Assembly: GCA_027343585.1 (NCBI GenBank)
Contig: DAHWKP010000159.1
Coordinates: forward strand, 1 to 50,611
Reading direction: 5' to 3'
DNA length: 50,611 bases
Origin: Acidobacteriaceae bacterium
GTDB taxonomy: Bacteria > Acidobacteriota > Terriglobia > Terriglobales > Acidobacteriaceae
Part shown: positions 39,705-50,481 of the stretch, piece after piece
Numbering within the stretch: the stretch's first letter is position 1
Layout of the letters: each line of letters begins with the position of its first letter
Notes under the pieces: model-generated
Databases searched by the model: none
What the model was told of the DNA's origin: nothing
The model's input: only the letters and a program-made list of their open reading frames with translations
Made by a program: the position numbers and the translations under genes

Positions 39705-40148
39705 TTACTCGGCGATCAAAACAGCTTTTCCGCCTGCCTTTTCGATCTTTTCCTGCGCCGTTTTGGAGAACTTGTGCGCATACACGGTGACGGCTGTCTT
39801 CAGCTCGCCCACGCCCAGAATCTTGACCAGCGCGTCGCGCTTGCGCACCAAGCGCAGCTCGACCAACTTGTCATAGGTCAAGTCCTTCTCGCCCGTCTCT
39901 GCAATGCGGTCCAGGTTCAACACAGTATATTCCGTGCGGAAGATGTTCGTGAAGCCGCGCTTCGGCATGCGGCGATGCAGCGGCATTTGGCCGCCTTCAA
40001 AACCGCGCATCAGGCTGGAGCCGGAGCGGGATCCCTGGCCCTTGTGTCCACGGGTTGAGGTCTTGCCCATGCCCGAACCCATGCCGCGTCCAATGCGTTT
40101 GCGGCCAGAGTTGGCGTTCTTCGGTGCTCGTAACTTTGACAGATTCAT
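39705..40148 (-). CDS. rplO: 50S ribosomal protein L15
   Basis: MNLSKLRAP...GRGMGSGMGKTSTRGHKGQGSRSG is a canonical L15 sequence. Confidence 0.95.
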   Translation of the reverse strand: MNLSKLRAPKNANSGRKRIGRGMGSGMGKTSTRGHKGQGSRSGSSLMRGFEGGQMPLHRRMPKRGFTNIFRTEYTVLNLDRIAETGEKDLTYDKLVELRLVRKRDALVKILGVGELKTAVTVYAHKFSKTAQEKIEKAGGKAVLIAE

Positions 40149-40222
40149 TAGTCTTCTTCCTGCTCCCTGCCAGCGTCTGCGCCAGCAGCTTCAACGATCG
40201 AACCCAGTTGCTCCTCGCACTT

Positions 40223-40429
40223 TTAAGCGAGAATGCGCACCAAGTGCGGAATCTTCTTGACCATGCCGCGGATCGCGGGTGTATCCTCGCGCTCCACCAC
40301 CTGCCGCAGCCGGGTCAAACCCAGACCGCTGACAATCCTCTTGTGCTTCTCGGGCGTGCAGATTGCGGAACGATAGTACTCGATCCGCATCTTGGCCACC
40401 GTCTTCTTTGCCGTCGCGCTTGCCGCCAT
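40223..40429 (-). CDS. rpmD: 50S ribosomal protein L30
   Basis: RSAI...KHKRIVSGLGL.R....VERED.PAIRGMV pattern. It sits between rpsE and rplO. Confidence 0.9.
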   Translation of the reverse strand: MAASATAKKTVAKMRIEYYRSAICTPEKHKRIVSGLGLTRLRQVVEREDTPAIRGMVKKIPHLVRILA

Positions 40430-40431
40430 TG

Positions 40432-40941
40432 CTATAGCTCCTCTACCTGTTTGCCGCGGAGTGCTGCAACCTCTTTGCGGTCGCGCAACTGCGTCAGCGC
40501 GTCAAAGGTTGCCTTGATCACGTTGTGCGGATTGGCCGAACCCAAGCTCTTGGTGAGCACATTCTGCACGCCTGCCGAGGTCATAACCGCGCGCACCGCG
40601 CCGCCGGCAATGACACCAGTTCCCTCAGGAGCCGGCTTCAACAACACCTGGCCTGCACCGTAACGGCCCAGCACCGGATGTGGAATCGAGGTCTCGGTCA
40701 ACTTCACACGCACCAAGTTCTTCTTGGCCGACTCAATGCCTTTGCGAATGGCTTGTGGAACCTCTTTGGCCTTGCCGGTTCCATAACCCACCACGCCTGC
40801 GCTGGAGTCGCCAATGACGACCAGTGCCGCAAACGACATGTTCTTGCCGCCCTTGACCACTTTGGTCACGCGGTTGATCGACACCACCTGATCTTTCAGG
40901 TTGAACTGCCCGGCTTCCAGTTTCTTTCTAAGAATCGCCAT
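40432..40941 (-). CDS. rpsE: 30S ribosomal protein S5
   Basis: [27 protein letters not shown]...[13 protein letters not shown] is a canonical S5 sequence. Confidence 0.95.
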   Translation of the reverse strand: MAILRKKLEAGQFNLKDQVVSINRVTKVVKGGKNMSFAALVVIGDSSAGVVGYGTGKAKEVPQAIRKGIESAKKNLVRVKLTETSIPHPVLGRYGAGQVLLKPAPEGTGVIAGGAVRAVMTSAGVQNVLTKSLGSANPHNVIKATFDALTQLRDRKEVAALRGKQVEEL

Positions 40942-40987
40942 CCGTCGGTATTCCTTTCAGACACACAGCGGTGTCCGTATTGCAAAC

Positions 40988-41344
40988 TTAAAATTGCAGA
41001 CCCGCTTCGCGCGCTGCCTCAGCCAATGCCTTGACGCGCCCGTGATACAAGTAGCCGCCGCGATCAAACACCACATGGGTGATGCCTTTTTCTTTGGCTC
41101 GCTCTGCCACCAGCTTGCCCACTTCCTTGGCCGCAGCTACATTGCCCCCGGTCTTGAGCTTGGCCGACAGACTGGACGCTGCAACCAGCGTCGTGCCCTT
41201 GGAGTCGTCGATTACCTGCGCAAAGATGTGATTCAGCGAGCGGTACACGTTCAGCCGTGGACGCGCCGCCGTACCAGACATCTTGCGGCGAATGCGGTCG
41301 TGAATGCGATTGCGCATCTCGTTGCGTTGCACTTGCGAAATCAT
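40988..41344 (-). CDS. rplR: 50S ribosomal protein L18
   Basis: [20 protein letters not shown]...[25 protein letters not shown]. Confidence 0.95.
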   Translation of the reverse strand: MISQVQRNEMRNRIHDRIRRKMSGTAARPRLNVYRSLNHIFAQVIDDSKGTTLVAASSLSAKLKTGGNVAAAKEVGKLVAERAKEKGITHVVFDRGGYLYHGRVKALAEAAREAGLQF

Positions 41345-41432
41345 TCGAAAAATCCTCTCTTCCTAAAGGCGGAGACGCCCTGCATCTCCGTTCGGGTCCT
41401 TCTTGTTTCCAGCTATGCGCACATGCGCTCGC

Positions 41433-41972
41433 TTACTTGGAGCCGGTCTTGCCAGCCTTCTTCTTCAACTTCTCATCGCTGTAGCGCACGCCCTTGTTCT
41501 TGTATGGATCGGGCTTGCGTAGCGAGCGCATGTCGGCACAAACCTGGCCGACCTTTTGGCGATCCACTCCGGTCACCGTCAGGTGCGTCTGCTTCGGATC
41601 AATGGCTACACTGATGCCCGTCGGCAGCACCATTTCGATCGGGTGCGAGTAGCCGAGTGTGAAGACCACTGTGTTCTTGCCCTTCAACTCCACGCGGTAA
41701 CCGATACCGACCACGTCGAGCTCCTTCTTCCATCCCTCGGTGACGCCAACGACGGCGTTGGAAACCAGCGCACGCGCCAAGCCATGCACAGCGGCATGCT
41801 CATCGCTCTGCCGCACTGCGTGCAGATGACCATCTTTTTCTTCCAGATGAATGCCCGTGGGCAGCAACGCGGAGGTCTTGCCCTTGGGGCCTTCAACCAG
41901 AACAGTGTTGCCCTGCACGGTGTACTTGACACCCTTGGGCAGTACAATCGGCTTCTTTCCAATTCGTGACAT
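41433..41972 (-). CDS. rplF: 50S ribosomal protein L6
   Basis: [15 protein letters not shown]...GYSHPI...[11 protein letters not shown]. Confidence 0.95.
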   Translation of the reverse strand: MSRIGKKPIVLPKGVKYTVQGNTVLVEGPKGKTSALLPTGIHLEEKDGHLHAVRQSDEHAAVHGLARALVSNAVVGVTEGWKKELDVVGIGYRVELKGKNTVVFTLGYSHPIEMVLPTGISVAIDPKQTHLTVTGVDRQKVGQVCADMRSLRKPDPYKNKGVRYSDEKLKKKAGKTGSK

Positions 41973-42123
41973 CGTGTCTCTCTTCTGTTGGCTTGCGAGT
42001 CCCGCCGCGTTGAAAAACCGCCGCGTTCCACTGCATCCAGAAGCTGCATCCGCAGCCGGTCGTACTCAAAAAAACTGCAAACTCTTTTGAAAGCTTTCTT
42101 GAAGAAATTCCAGAAAACTTTCT

Positions 42124-42522
42124 TTACCAAATCTCGCAGAGCAACTCACCGCCGACGCCTTCACGACGCGCCTGACGCCCCGTCATCACGCCCTTGGGCG
42201 TGGTGAGGATGTTGATGCCCAACCCACCTTGCACGCGCTTGATCTCATCGCGGCCCACGTAGACACGGCAGCCGGGGCGCGAGACACGCGCCAAGTCCCG
42301 GATCACCGATCCGTGCTGGGGATCGTACTTCAAGTACACGCGCAGAAACTTTCTGCCATTCTCTTCCGTGCTCTTGAAGTTGCTAATGTAGCCCTCTTCC
42401 TTCAGAATGCGGGCGATCTCCGCCTTTAGCTTGGAGGCGGGGACATCGAGCTTGGCGTGCCGCGCGCGAATAGCATTGCGGATGCGCGTAAGGAAGTCTG
42501 CTACGGGATCAGTCAAATTCAT
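42124..42522 (-). CDS. rpsH: 30S ribosomal protein S8
   Basis: MNLTDPVADFLTRIRNA from the internal ATG at 42522, giving 132 aa. The track start at 42678 adds a spurious extension. Confidence 0.95.
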   Translation of the reverse strand: MNLTDPVADFLTRIRNAIRARHAKLDVPASKLKAEIARILKEEGYISNFKSTEENGRKFLRVYLKYDPQHGSVIRDLARVSRPGCRVYVGRDEIKRVQGGLGINILTTPKGVMTGRQARREGVGGELLCEIW

Positions 42523-42684
42523 CGTTTCTCCTCCATTCCCCGTTCGCTCCGGCTGCCTGGGCTGCGGGAGAACCTGCGGGAATGTTTGTGGGCCTTGGCC
42601 CGTTCGTGGCAGCCTGTGCCGCCGGTTGCAAAAGAAAACTGCTGGCTTGCCGCAACGGGATATTCCGCGCAGCAGCATCTCCTG

Positions 42685-42870
42685 TTACCAGGAGCTTTTT
42701 ACAACTCCAGGAATCTCACCCTTCAGCGCCAGGCCGCGGAAGCACAGGCGACAGATGCCGAACTTGCGCAGAAACGCGCGCGGGCGTCCGCACAGGTTGC
42801 AGCGGTTGTGCTGCCGCGTAGAAAACTTCGGCTTACGTTTGTCCTTCACTCGCTTGGCTGTCGTTGACAT
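42685..42870 (-). CDS. rpsN: 30S ribosomal protein S14 type Z (zinc-binding)
   Basis: 61 aa, with [20 protein letters not shown] (CxxC...CxxC) and a C-terminal KSSW. Confidence 0.95.
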   Translation of the reverse strand: MSTTAKRVKDKRKPKFSTRQHNRCNLCGRPRAFLRKFGICRLCFRGLALKGEIPGVVKSSW

Positions 42871-42915
42871 TCTTCGGTTTCCTCGAATCTATTTCCTGTT
42901 TCGCAATCTTTGACG

Positions 42916-43464
42916 TTACGCGCCTTGACGGAAGGGCATGCCAAAAAGCTTCAGCAACGCGCGCGCCCCGTTATCGTCTTGAGCCGTGGTCACGATGGTT
43001 ACGTTCATGCCCTTGGTCTTTTCCACGCGCGCATAGTCAATCTCGGGAAAGAGCAACTGGTCGCGCAATCCGAGCGTGAAGTTGCCGCGCCCATCAAAGC
43101 TCTTCGAGCTGACACCGCGGAAGTCGCGCACACGCGGCAGCGCCGTTGCAATCAAGCGATCCAGAAACTCATACATCTTCTCGCCGCGCAGGGTCACCAT
43201 GGCACCAATCGGCATGCCTTCGCGCACCTTGAAGGCTGCGATCGACTTCTTGGACTTGGTCGTCACTGGCTTCTGTCCGGAGATCAACGCCAGATCGGCC
43301 ACCAACGGATCGATAATCTTGTTGTTCTGTGTGGCTTCGCCCAGTCCCATGTTCAGGACGATCTTCTCCAAGCGCGGAACGGCCATCGTGTTGTCGAGGC
43401 CCAGCTCCTTTTGCAGCGCTGGCTTGATCTCCTTGTTGTACTTTTCCTTCAATCGTGCCGCCAT
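42916..43464 (-). CDS. rplE: 50S ribosomal protein L5
   Basis: [13 protein letters not shown]...[16 protein letters not shown]...[16 protein letters not shown]. Confidence 0.95.
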   Translation of the reverse strand: MAARLKEKYNKEIKPALQKELGLDNTMAVPRLEKIVLNMGLGEATQNNKIIDPLVADLALISGQKPVTTKSKKSIAAFKVREGMPIGAMVTLRGEKMYEFLDRLIATALPRVRDFRGVSSKSFDGRGNFTLGLRDQLLFPEIDYARVEKTKGMNVTIVTTAQDDNGARALLKLFGMPFRQGA

Positions 43465-43563
43465 AATGCTTCCTTCCTGTTCTTCCGGTTCCTCACGCTG
43501 CCGGAGTGGATGCAGAGCGCATGCGCCCTGCCCTCCGTATACCGTTCCGTGGCCGGGGTGCCC

Positions 43564-43884
43564 TTACTTCTGCTTGGTTGCGATCGGCTGTCCGCACTTG
43601 CGGCAGACGCGCACCTTGGTGTCGCCTTCGATCTGATAGCCCACGCGCACCGGGCCGCAGCTATTGCAGACCAACATGACATTCGAAACCTGAATCGGAT
43701 TCTCCTGATCAGTCACTCCGCCCTTGATGTTGCGCTGCGGATTGGGGCGCACGGTCTTTTTCACCACCATGACGTGCTCAACCAGCAGGCGATTTTCCTC
43801 GGCCAACACACGCAGCACGCGGCCACGCTTGCCCTTGTCCTTGCCTGCGATGACCTCCACCAGATCGTTGCGACGAATCTTCAT
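43564..43884 (-). CDS. rplX: 50S ribosomal protein L24
   Basis: MKIRRNDLVEVIAGKDKGKRGRV (KOW motif). Alternative starts are at 43893 and 43905 (GTG). Confidence 0.9.
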   Translation of the reverse strand: MKIRRNDLVEVIAGKDKGKRGRVLRVLAEENRLLVEHVMVVKKTVRPNPQRNIKGGVTDQENPIQVSNVMLVCNSCGPVRVGYQIEGDTKVRVCRKCGQPIATKQK

Positions 43885-43931
43885 ACCCGGCATTGCTCCA
43901 CTCACTCTCTTTGTATGCTGCGCTCGGACGA

Positions 43932-44303
<372 letters not shown>

Positions 44304-44371
44304 TGTCTTCTCCTGAATCCCTTCGCTAGCCTTGCTGCGGCTCTACACTGCTGAACCTTGAAACGAGGAAA

Positions 44372-44689
44372 CTAGCTTGCCTTCTCTTCAGCCTGTGCCA
44401 ACGAGGAGCGGCGCACAATCTCTTCCAACTGCCAGCGCTTCAACTTGCTCAGCGGGCGCGTCTCCCGGATGCGCACCACGTCGCCCATGCGCGCCGTGTT
44501 CTGCTCATCGTGGGCATAAAACTTTTTGCTGGAGCGGATGACGCGCTTGTAACGTGGATGCGCCTTGATCATCTCCACTTCCACCACAATGGTCTTCTGC
44601 ATCTTGGTCGAAACCACCTGGCCGACCTTTTCATTGCGATGCTGCTGCACTGCGGCTGCCTTGTCCGTGCTGTTCTTGATGTCCGTCAT
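44372..44689 (-). CDS. rpsQ: 30S ribosomal protein S17
   Basis: [19 protein letters not shown]....HPRYKRV.....KFYAHDE. Confidence 0.95.
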   Translation of the reverse strand: MTDIKNSTDKAAAVQQHRNEKVGQVVSTKMQKTIVVEVEMIKAHPRYKRVIRSSKKFYAHDEQNTARMGDVVRIRETRPLSKLKRWQLEEIVRRSSLAQAEEKAS

Positions 44690-44692
44690 ATA

Positions 44693-45112
44693 CTAGCGGC
44701 TTCCCTTCTTGGCGCTCGGTGTCTTCCTTGCGCCCGCAGACTTTTTCGCCGCTGCTGGCTTGGCCTTGGCGCTCGATGTGTTCTTCCGGGCTGACGCTGC
44801 CTTCTTGGGCGCGGCGGCCTTGGCTGTTTTGGCTGCTGCTGGCTTGGCAGCCTTGGCTGGTTTCGCGGCCCGTGCCGGCTTGGCTGCAGCTGCGGCCGCA
44901 GCCCCATCCTGTGCCGTGGTGATGCCCAACTCGCGCTGGCGTTGCACGGTCTTGATGCGCGCAATGCCCTTCCTGAGTCCGCGCAGCTTCTGCACGCCTT
45001 CTGTCTGCCCCATGCGCATCTGAAAGCGCAGGCGGAAGAGCTGCTCGGCAGCCTGTTGTCCTTGCTGCGCCAGCTCGGCGTCACTCCAACTTACAATCTT
45101 TTCAATTTCCAT
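44693..45112 (-). CDS. rpmC: 50S ribosomal protein L29 with ~70-aa Ala/Lys-rich C-terminal extension
   Basis: The N-terminal ~66 aa match the L29 pattern (LFRLRFQMRMGQ...IARIKTV). The remainder is AAKPARAAKPAKAAKPAAAKTAKAAAPKK... The gene sits between rplP and rpsQ. Confidence 0.9.
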   Translation of the reverse strand: MEIEKIVSWSDAELAQQGQQAAEQLFRLRFQMRMGQTEGVQKLRGLRKGIARIKTVQRQRELGITTAQDGAAAAAAAKPARAAKPAKAAKPAAAKTAKAAAPKKAASARKNTSSAKAKPAAAKKSAGARKTPSAKKGSR

Positions 45113-45155
45113 TGCCGTACCCTTCTCTACTCATTTGGCTTACAGTACGCCGTGC

Positions 45156-45593
45156 TTACTTGGCCGCTACTGTGCCGTGCTGCGCACCGGGGCGCGCCAC
45201 AAACAACGTGCGAATCGGCAGCTTATGTGAGGCCAAACGCATCGCCTCCCGCGCCATCTCCTGCGTTACACCTTCCATCTCAAACAGCACCTTGCCCGGA
45301 CGCACAACTGCTACCCAGTGATCGAGCGGGCCTTTGCCGGAACCCATACGGACTTCGGCTGGCTTTTTGGTAATCGGCTTGTCGGGAAACAGACGCAGCC
45401 AAATCTTGCCGCCGCGCTTGATGAAGCGCGTCATGGCAATACGGCTGGCCTCGATCTGCCGGTCGGTCACGTGTCCGTGCTCGAGGGTCTTCAATCCGAA
45501 ATCGCCAAACGCCAGTTCGGATCCGCGCCAGGCCTTGCCCCGGTTGCGTCCCTTCTGCTGCTTGCGATACTTCACCTTCTTCGGCATCAACAT
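45156..45593 (-). CDS. rplP: 50S ribosomal protein L16
   Basis: [19 protein letters not shown] is a canonical L16 start. The track start at 45599 adds 2 residues. Confidence 0.95.
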   Translation of the reverse strand: MLMPKKVKYRKQQKGRNRGKAWRGSELAFGDFGLKTLEHGHVTDRQIEASRIAMTRFIKRGGKIWLRLFPDKPITKKPAEVRMGSGKGPLDHWVAVVRPGKVLFEMEGVTQEMAREAMRLASHKLPIRTLFVARPGAQHGTVAAK

Positions 45594-45696
45594 AGCCAAA
45601 ATCCTCGTCTTCCCATCCGCCAGCCTGCTGCGCTGCGGAGAATGCTGCTTCTACTGCCTGTGCCGGTGCGCGAAAGAACCCCGCACCCTTGCGAAA

Positions 45697-46362
45697 CTAG
45701 AACGCGCCGGTTGCCACCTGCGGCTCGCGCTTCTTCTGTTGATAAATCTCGCCGTTATAAATCCATGTCTTGATGCCGATGATGCCGTAGGTGGTATGCG
45801 CCTCGGCAAAACCGTAATCGATGTCCGCGCGCAGCGTGTGCAGCGGCAGACGCCCCTGCAAATACCACTCCGAACGCGCGATTTCATTGCCATTCAAGCG
45901 GCCCGAAACGCGCACCTTGATGCCGCGGCAGCCAAAACGCAGCGCCGAATCCACCGACTTGCGCATGGCGCGGCGGAAGCTGACGCGCTTTTCCAGTTGC
46001 AACGCGATGGCCTCGGCCACCAGTTGCGCATCCAGCTCCGGCTTGTTCACCTCGAGAATGTCAATGAAGACCTCCCGATTGGTGCGCTTCTGAATCTCGC
46101 CTTTGAGCTTGTCAATCTCCGTGCCCTTGCGCCCGATGATGATGCCGGGGCGGGCCGTGCGGATGATCAGACGCAGCTTGTTGCCCGGACGCTCAATCTC
46201 CACCGAGCTGATGCCGGCGGACTTCAACTTTTCGCGCAGCTCGCGCTTCAGTTGCACATCCTCGACCAGCAGGCGGTCATAGCCCTTCTCGACAAACCAG
46301 CGCGAGCGCCAGGGCTTGTTGACACCTAAACGAAATCCATACGGGTGAACTTTTTGACCCAT
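45697..46362 (-). CDS. rpsC: 30S ribosomal protein S3
   Basis: [17 protein letters not shown], followed by KH and S3-C domains. Confidence 0.95.
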   Translation of the reverse strand: MGQKVHPYGFRLGVNKPWRSRWFVEKGYDRLLVEDVQLKRELREKLKSAGISSVEIERPGNKLRLIIRTARPGIIIGRKGTEIDKLKGEIQKRTNREVFIDILEVNKPELDAQLVAEAIALQLEKRVSFRRAMRKSVDSALRFGCRGIKVRVSGRLNGNEIARSEWYLQGRLPLHTLRADIDYGFAEAHTTYGIIGIKTWIYNGEIYQQKKREPQVATGAF

Positions 46363-46380
46363 TGCGTTTCCTTCCGTTGC

Positions 46381-46911
46381 CTACTTGGCGGCCTTCTTGG
46401 CCGGGGATTTCTTGGCAGCCGTCTTCTTGGCTGCAGTCTTGCCGGTGGACTTTTTCGCCGCCGCCTTCTTCACAGCCGTCTTCTTGCTCTGTGGCTTGGC
46501 TGCGACCGCTGTCTCAGTCTCCGCAACTGCTGCGGAGGAGCCAGCGCGCTTGCGCTCGGCCACGGAGATAACGATGTTGGCCATGCGACGCTGATAGCGG
46601 AAGGCTCGGCCCATCGGCGCAGGACGAATGCGCTTCATACGCGGTCCGTCATTGGCCACAGCCTGCTTCACGAACAGGTTGTCCACATCGACATCCAATC
46701 CGCGCTCCTCACTCAGATAGTTGGCATTTTCCAGCGCTGATCGCAGCACCTTCTCCACCAAGGGCGCAACGCGCTTCTTGGTGAAGGCTACCGTCTGCAG
46801 TGCATCCTCGACGCGTTGGCCCTTGATCAGGTCCAGCACCAGCTTCGCCTTTTGGGGCGACACACGCTGATAGCGCGCTTCTGCTCGAAACTCTTGTGTC
46901 TCAAATTGCAT
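46381..46911 (-). CDS. rplV: 50S ribosomal protein L22 with Ala/Lys-rich C-terminal extension
   Basis: ARYQRVSPQKAKLVLDLIKGQRV forms the L22 core. The C-terminal ~60 aa are AKPQSKKTAVKKAAAKKSTGKTAAKKTAAKKSPAKKAAK. Confidence 0.9.
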   Translation of the reverse strand: MQFETQEFRAEARYQRVSPQKAKLVLDLIKGQRVEDALQTVAFTKKRVAPLVEKVLRSALENANYLSEERGLDVDVDNLFVKQAVANDGPRMKRIRPAPMGRAFRYQRRMANIVISVAERKRAGSSAAVAETETAVAAKPQSKKTAVKKAAAKKSTGKTAAKKTAAKKSPAKKAAK

Positions 46912-46935
46912 CTTCCGCTACGCCTTTCCAGCCGC

Positions 46936-47223
46936 CTACTTCGGCTTGGCGGTTGTTTCCGCCGCCTTGGCCGAGTGTCCCTTGAAGGTCCGGGTGGCGG
47001 CGAATTCGCCCAACTTGTGCCCCACCATGTTTTCCGTCACGTAGACGGGAATGAACTTCTTTCCGTTGTGTACGGCGATGGTGTGTCCCACCATGTCCGG
47101 GTGAATCGTGGACCGCCGCGACCAGGTGCGGAGCACCTTCTTGTCGTTGGCCTTGTTCATCGTCTCGATCTTCACCATCAGATGCGTGTCGATAAACGGC
47201 CCTTTTTTCGTCGAACGTGCCAT
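46936..47223 (-). CDS. rpsS: 30S ribosomal protein S19
   Basis: [12 protein letters not shown]...[20 protein letters not shown]. Confidence 0.95.
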   Translation of the reverse strand: MARSTKKGPFIDTHLMVKIETMNKANDKKVLRTWSRRSTIHPDMVGHTIAVHNGKKFIPVYVTENMVGHKLGEFAATRTFKGHSAKAAETTAKPK

Positions 47224-47247
47224 TATTTCTCCGTTCCTTCCTGCTGC

Positions 47248-48072
47248 TTACTTGCTGCGGCGATTGACGATCATCGCATCGGTGCGCTTGTTGTTGCGCG
47301 TCTTGTAGCCGCGCGTTGGCTGGCCCCACGGGGTCACCGGATGACGTCCGCCGGAGGTTTTCCCTTCGCCGCCGCCATGTGGGTGATCCACAGGGTTCAT
47401 CGACACGCCGCGGTTGGTTGGGCGAATGCCCTTCCAGCGATTGCGTCCTGCCTTGCCGATGGATATGTTTTCATGATCCGTGTTGCCCACTTGGCCCACG
47501 GTCGCCATGCAATCGACCAAAACCTTGCGCGTCTCACCGGAGGGCAGCTTCAACAATGCGTAGTCGCCTTCCTTGGCCACCAACTGCGCCGAAGAGCCTG
47601 CTGAGCGCACCATCTGCGCGCCTTTGCCAGGACGCAGCTCCACATTGTGTACCGTGGTGCCGGCGGGAATGCTGCGCAGTGGCAGTGCATTGCCCACCAA
47701 GATGTCGGCCTCAGGGCCGCTCATGATCGACTGGCCCACCTGCAGGCCAATGGGCTGCAAGATGTAGCGCTTCTCGCCGTCGGCGTAGTGGATCAGCGCA
47801 ATGCGCGCCGAGCGGTTCGGATCGTACTCGATCGTCGCCACGCGTCCGGGAATTCCGTACTTTTCGCGCTTGAAGTCAATCAGGCGCAGCATCCGCTTGT
47901 GTCCGCCGCCATGGTGGCGGATCGTCAGGTCGCCGGAGTTGCGGCGTCCTCCTGTGCGCAGGCGCTTGACGGTGAGCGGCTTGTGTGGGCGGCTCGCGGT
48001 CAAGTCGTCATTGACCAGCGTCGAGGTAGTGCGCAGCGACGGCGTAATCGGACGGTATGTTTTGATCGGCAT
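47248..48072 (-). CDS. rplB: 50S ribosomal protein L2
   Basis: [14 protein letters not shown]...GGGHKR.YR.IDF...[12 protein letters not shown]. Confidence 0.95.
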   Translation of the reverse strand: MPIKTYRPITPSLRTTSTLVNDDLTASRPHKPLTVKRLRTGGRRNSGDLTIRHHGGGHKRMLRLIDFKREKYGIPGRVATIEYDPNRSARIALIHYADGEKRYILQPIGLQVGQSIMSGPEADILVGNALPLRSIPAGTTVHNVELRPGKGAQMVRSAGSSAQLVAKEGDYALLKLPSGETRKVLVDCMATVGQVGNTDHENISIGKAGRNRWKGIRPTNRGVSMNPVDHPHGGGEGKTSGGRHPVTPWGQPTRGYKTRNNKRTDAMIVNRRSK

Positions 48073-48168
48073 CGGTTACTCTCTTCGCAGCCGGCTTCGT
48101 TCGCTTGCCGGGCTTCCGTTCTAAATGCTTGCTTCCCTGCTGCAATCCTTTTGCGCTACGCGCCGGGA

Positions 48169-48462
48169 CTACAGATTGCTGATATACTCCGGCATCTTTT
48201 CCCCCGACCGCAGGCGTACATACGCCTTCTTCCAGTCCGGGCGGTAGCCGGTAAAGCGTCCACGACGGCGTTCCTTGCCCGCAAAGTTTGCGGTGCGCAC
48301 AGCCTGCACCTTCACTTTGAAGAGAGCCTCAACGGCCTGCTTCACTTCCGTCTTGGTCGCCCCGGAACTCACCTCAAATACCAGCGTGCCCTCGGCTTCC
48401 TTGACGCCCATGCCCTTTTCCGTAATCAAAGGGCGGCGAATTACTTGAAATAAATCTGACAT
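48169..48462 (-). CDS. rplW: 50S ribosomal protein L23
   Basis: VIRRPLITEKG...FEV...A.K.E.KQAVE.LF.VKV. There is a 1-nt TGATG overlap with the rplD stop codon. Confidence 0.95.
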   Translation of the reverse strand: MSDLFQVIRRPLITEKGMGVKEAEGTLVFEVSSGATKTEVKQAVEALFKVKVQAVRTANFAGKERRRGRFTGYRPDWKKAYVRLRSGEKMPEYISNL

Positions 48463-49127
48463 CAGGCCACCTCCGCCTTGCGCTTGGAGACGCTCTTCTT
48501 CAGCGCCGCTTGCAGATTTTCCAGCGCCGCGCGCGAGAAGATTGCGCGCTCATACCGCAGCAGATCGTAGGGATGTACTTCATTGCCCAATACCAGATCC
48601 ACACCATCCAAATTGCGCGCGCCCAAGAGAAGCGAGCGGCTCAGATCGGCTCCGCTTTCCACCAGTAGCGCCGTTTTTTTCACGTGCAGCTTGTCGAGCG
48701 CCGCGCGATACTGCTTGGTCTTGGCCTCTTGCAACTCCAGGCTGTCCACCACGGTCAGATTGCCGTCAGCCAACTTGGCTGCCAGCGCTGCACGCAGCGC
48801 ACCCAATTGCTTCCGACGCGGAAAGCTGTAGGCATACGAGCGGGGTTGCGGCCCATGCACCGTGCCGCCATGGCGCCAGAGAGGCGAACGAATCGAACCG
48901 ATACGCGCACGTCCCGTGCCTTTTTGCTTCCAGAGCTTCTTGCCCGAACCCGAAACCAGCTTGCGGTTCTTGGTCGCGTGCGTACCCTGGCGCAGTGCGG
49001 CGCGGTAGTGCTTCACCGACTCCCACAACAGAGCCTCATTCACCTGCTCCGGGCCAAAAACCTCATCGGCCAAATCCAACGAACCGACTTTTTTGCCCTG
49101 CAAATTTACAACGTCAATGTTTGCCAT
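48462..49127 (-). CDS. rplD: 50S ribosomal protein L4
   Basis: KGTGRARIGSIRSPLWRHGGTVHGPQPR is the L4 signature region. Confidence 0.95.
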   Translation of the reverse strand: MANIDVVNLQGKKVGSLDLADEVFGPEQVNEALLWESVKHYRAALRQGTHATKNRKLVSGSGKKLWKQKGTGRARIGSIRSPLWRHGGTVHGPQPRSYAYSFPRRKQLGALRAALAAKLADGNLTVVDSLELQEAKTKQYRAALDKLHVKKTALLVESGADLSRSLLLGARNLDGVDLVLGNEVHPYDLLRYERAIFSRAALENLQAALKKSVSKRKAEVA

Positions 49128-49247
49128 TGCCTTACCTTTTTAGCTACCAGCTACTAGCTCTTAACTTCTGGCGGCCAAACTTCCTGCCGCACACTCTGAA
49201 TTCACTCGCCACAGCTAAAAGCGAAACGCTAATAGCCAAAGGCTGAT

Positions 49248-49991
49248 TTACTTCTTCTTGCCTGCTGAAGCCTTCTTCGAAGCCTTCAATGGATCGACGG
49301 TCGAGGAGCCAGCAAATCCGCGGCGTTCATGCGGCGGGCGATTGGCCTTGCTGATCAGCACGTAGCCGTTCTTCGGTCCAGGCACCGCGCCCTCCACCAT
49401 CAAAAGATTCTCTTCCAGATCAATGCCGCGAATGCGCAGATTGCGCACCGTGACACGATCCACGCCCATATGGCCTGGCATTCTCTGCCCGGGAAAAACG
49501 CGCGAAGGAAATGAGGAGGCACCGATCGAACCCTGTACTTGAAACATGTGACCGTGCGACTTGGGTCCGCCACCAAAGTGATGCCGACGAACGACGCCCG
49601 CAAAACCGCGGCCCTTGCTGGTGCCAACTACATCAACAAATTTCGTGTCCGCAAACAAATCCACCAACACCTTGTCGCCAGCCTTCACTCCGACAGCAGC
49701 CTCACCCTCAGCACCCGCCTCGGCGGCCTCAATCTGAAACTCGCGCAGAAAGCGCGCCGGTGCAGCACCGCTCTTGGCAAAGTGCCCGGTCATCGGCTTG
49801 TTCACCTTGGAGGCCTTGACGAACTCGACCATGCCCAATTGCGCCGCGTCGTAACCATCCTTGGCCGCAGTCTTCAACTGCGTCACCACGCAGGGGCCAG
49901 CCTGCAACACGGTGATCGGATGCACGTCTCCCTTTTCGTCGAAGACCTGCGTCATGCCGATTTTTTTTCCAATCAATCCAATAACTGCCAT
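49248..49991 (-). CDS. rplC: 50S ribosomal protein L3
   Basis: [13 protein letters not shown]...VTQ.KT...DGYDA.QLG...GKGFAGV.KRH.F. It has a basic C-terminal tail. Confidence 0.95.
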   Translation of the reverse strand: MAVIGLIGKKIGMTQVFDEKGDVHPITVLQAGPCVVTQLKTAAKDGYDAAQLGMVEFVKASKVNKPMTGHFAKSGAAPARFLREFQIEAAEAGAEGEAAVGVKAGDKVLVDLFADTKFVDVVGTSKGRGFAGVVRRHHFGGGPKSHGHMFQVQGSIGASSFPSRVFPGQRMPGHMGVDRVTVRNLRIRGIDLEENLLMVEGAVPGPKNGYVLISKANRPPHERRGFAGSSTVDPLKASKKASAGKKK

Positions 49992-50073
49992 ATCGTCCCT
50001 TCCTCATCATGCTCTGCGCCGAGGCACAAGCACTGCCGGCTGTTGCGCGCCCTTGAGCGCAAATGTTGGCGAC

Positions 50074-50391
50074 TTACTTCTCGAAAGCCTTGATTTCGAC
50101 ATCCACGCCCGCAGGCAGGTCGAGCTTCATCAGCGCGTCCACGGTTTGCTGCGTCGGTTCCAAAATATCGATCAGCCGCTTGTGCGTGCGAATCTCAAAT
50201 GCTTCGCGCGACTTCTTGTCCACGTGCGGCGAACGCAGCACGCAGTACTTGTTCTTCATCGTCGGCAACGGAATCGGTCCCGCAACCTGTGCGCCGGTGC
50301 GCTTGGCTGTCTCGACGATCTCTCCCGTCGATGTGTCCAGTACGCGATAGTCATACGCCTTCAGGCGAATACGAATTCTTTGTCCAATCAT
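50074..50391 (-). CDS. rpsJ: 30S ribosomal protein S10
   Basis: [19 protein letters not shown] from the internal ATG at 50391, giving 105 aa. The track start at 50430 is spurious. Confidence 0.95.
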   Translation of the reverse strand: MIGQRIRIRLKAYDYRVLDTSTGEIVETAKRTGAQVAGPIPLPTMKNKYCVLRSPHVDKKSREAFEIRTHKRLIDILEPTQQTVDALMKLDLPAGVDVEIKAFEK

Positions 50392-50481
50392 TGTCTTCTT
50401 CTCTTCCGCAGCGCAGCGCGATGACACCACGCTGCGGTTGAATTCCCCGGTTAACCCAACAACACTTTTCCGTGCCCTTGC

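Noticed and set aside
42523-42684. Possible internal terminator (ctgctg...cagcag followed by TTTTCTTTT on the minus strand) between rpsN and rpsH
   Set aside because: The stem is interrupted and weak (6 bp plus a poorly paired interior). Termination in the middle of the spc operon is unlikely. It is mentioned only as part of the roomy-spacer observation.
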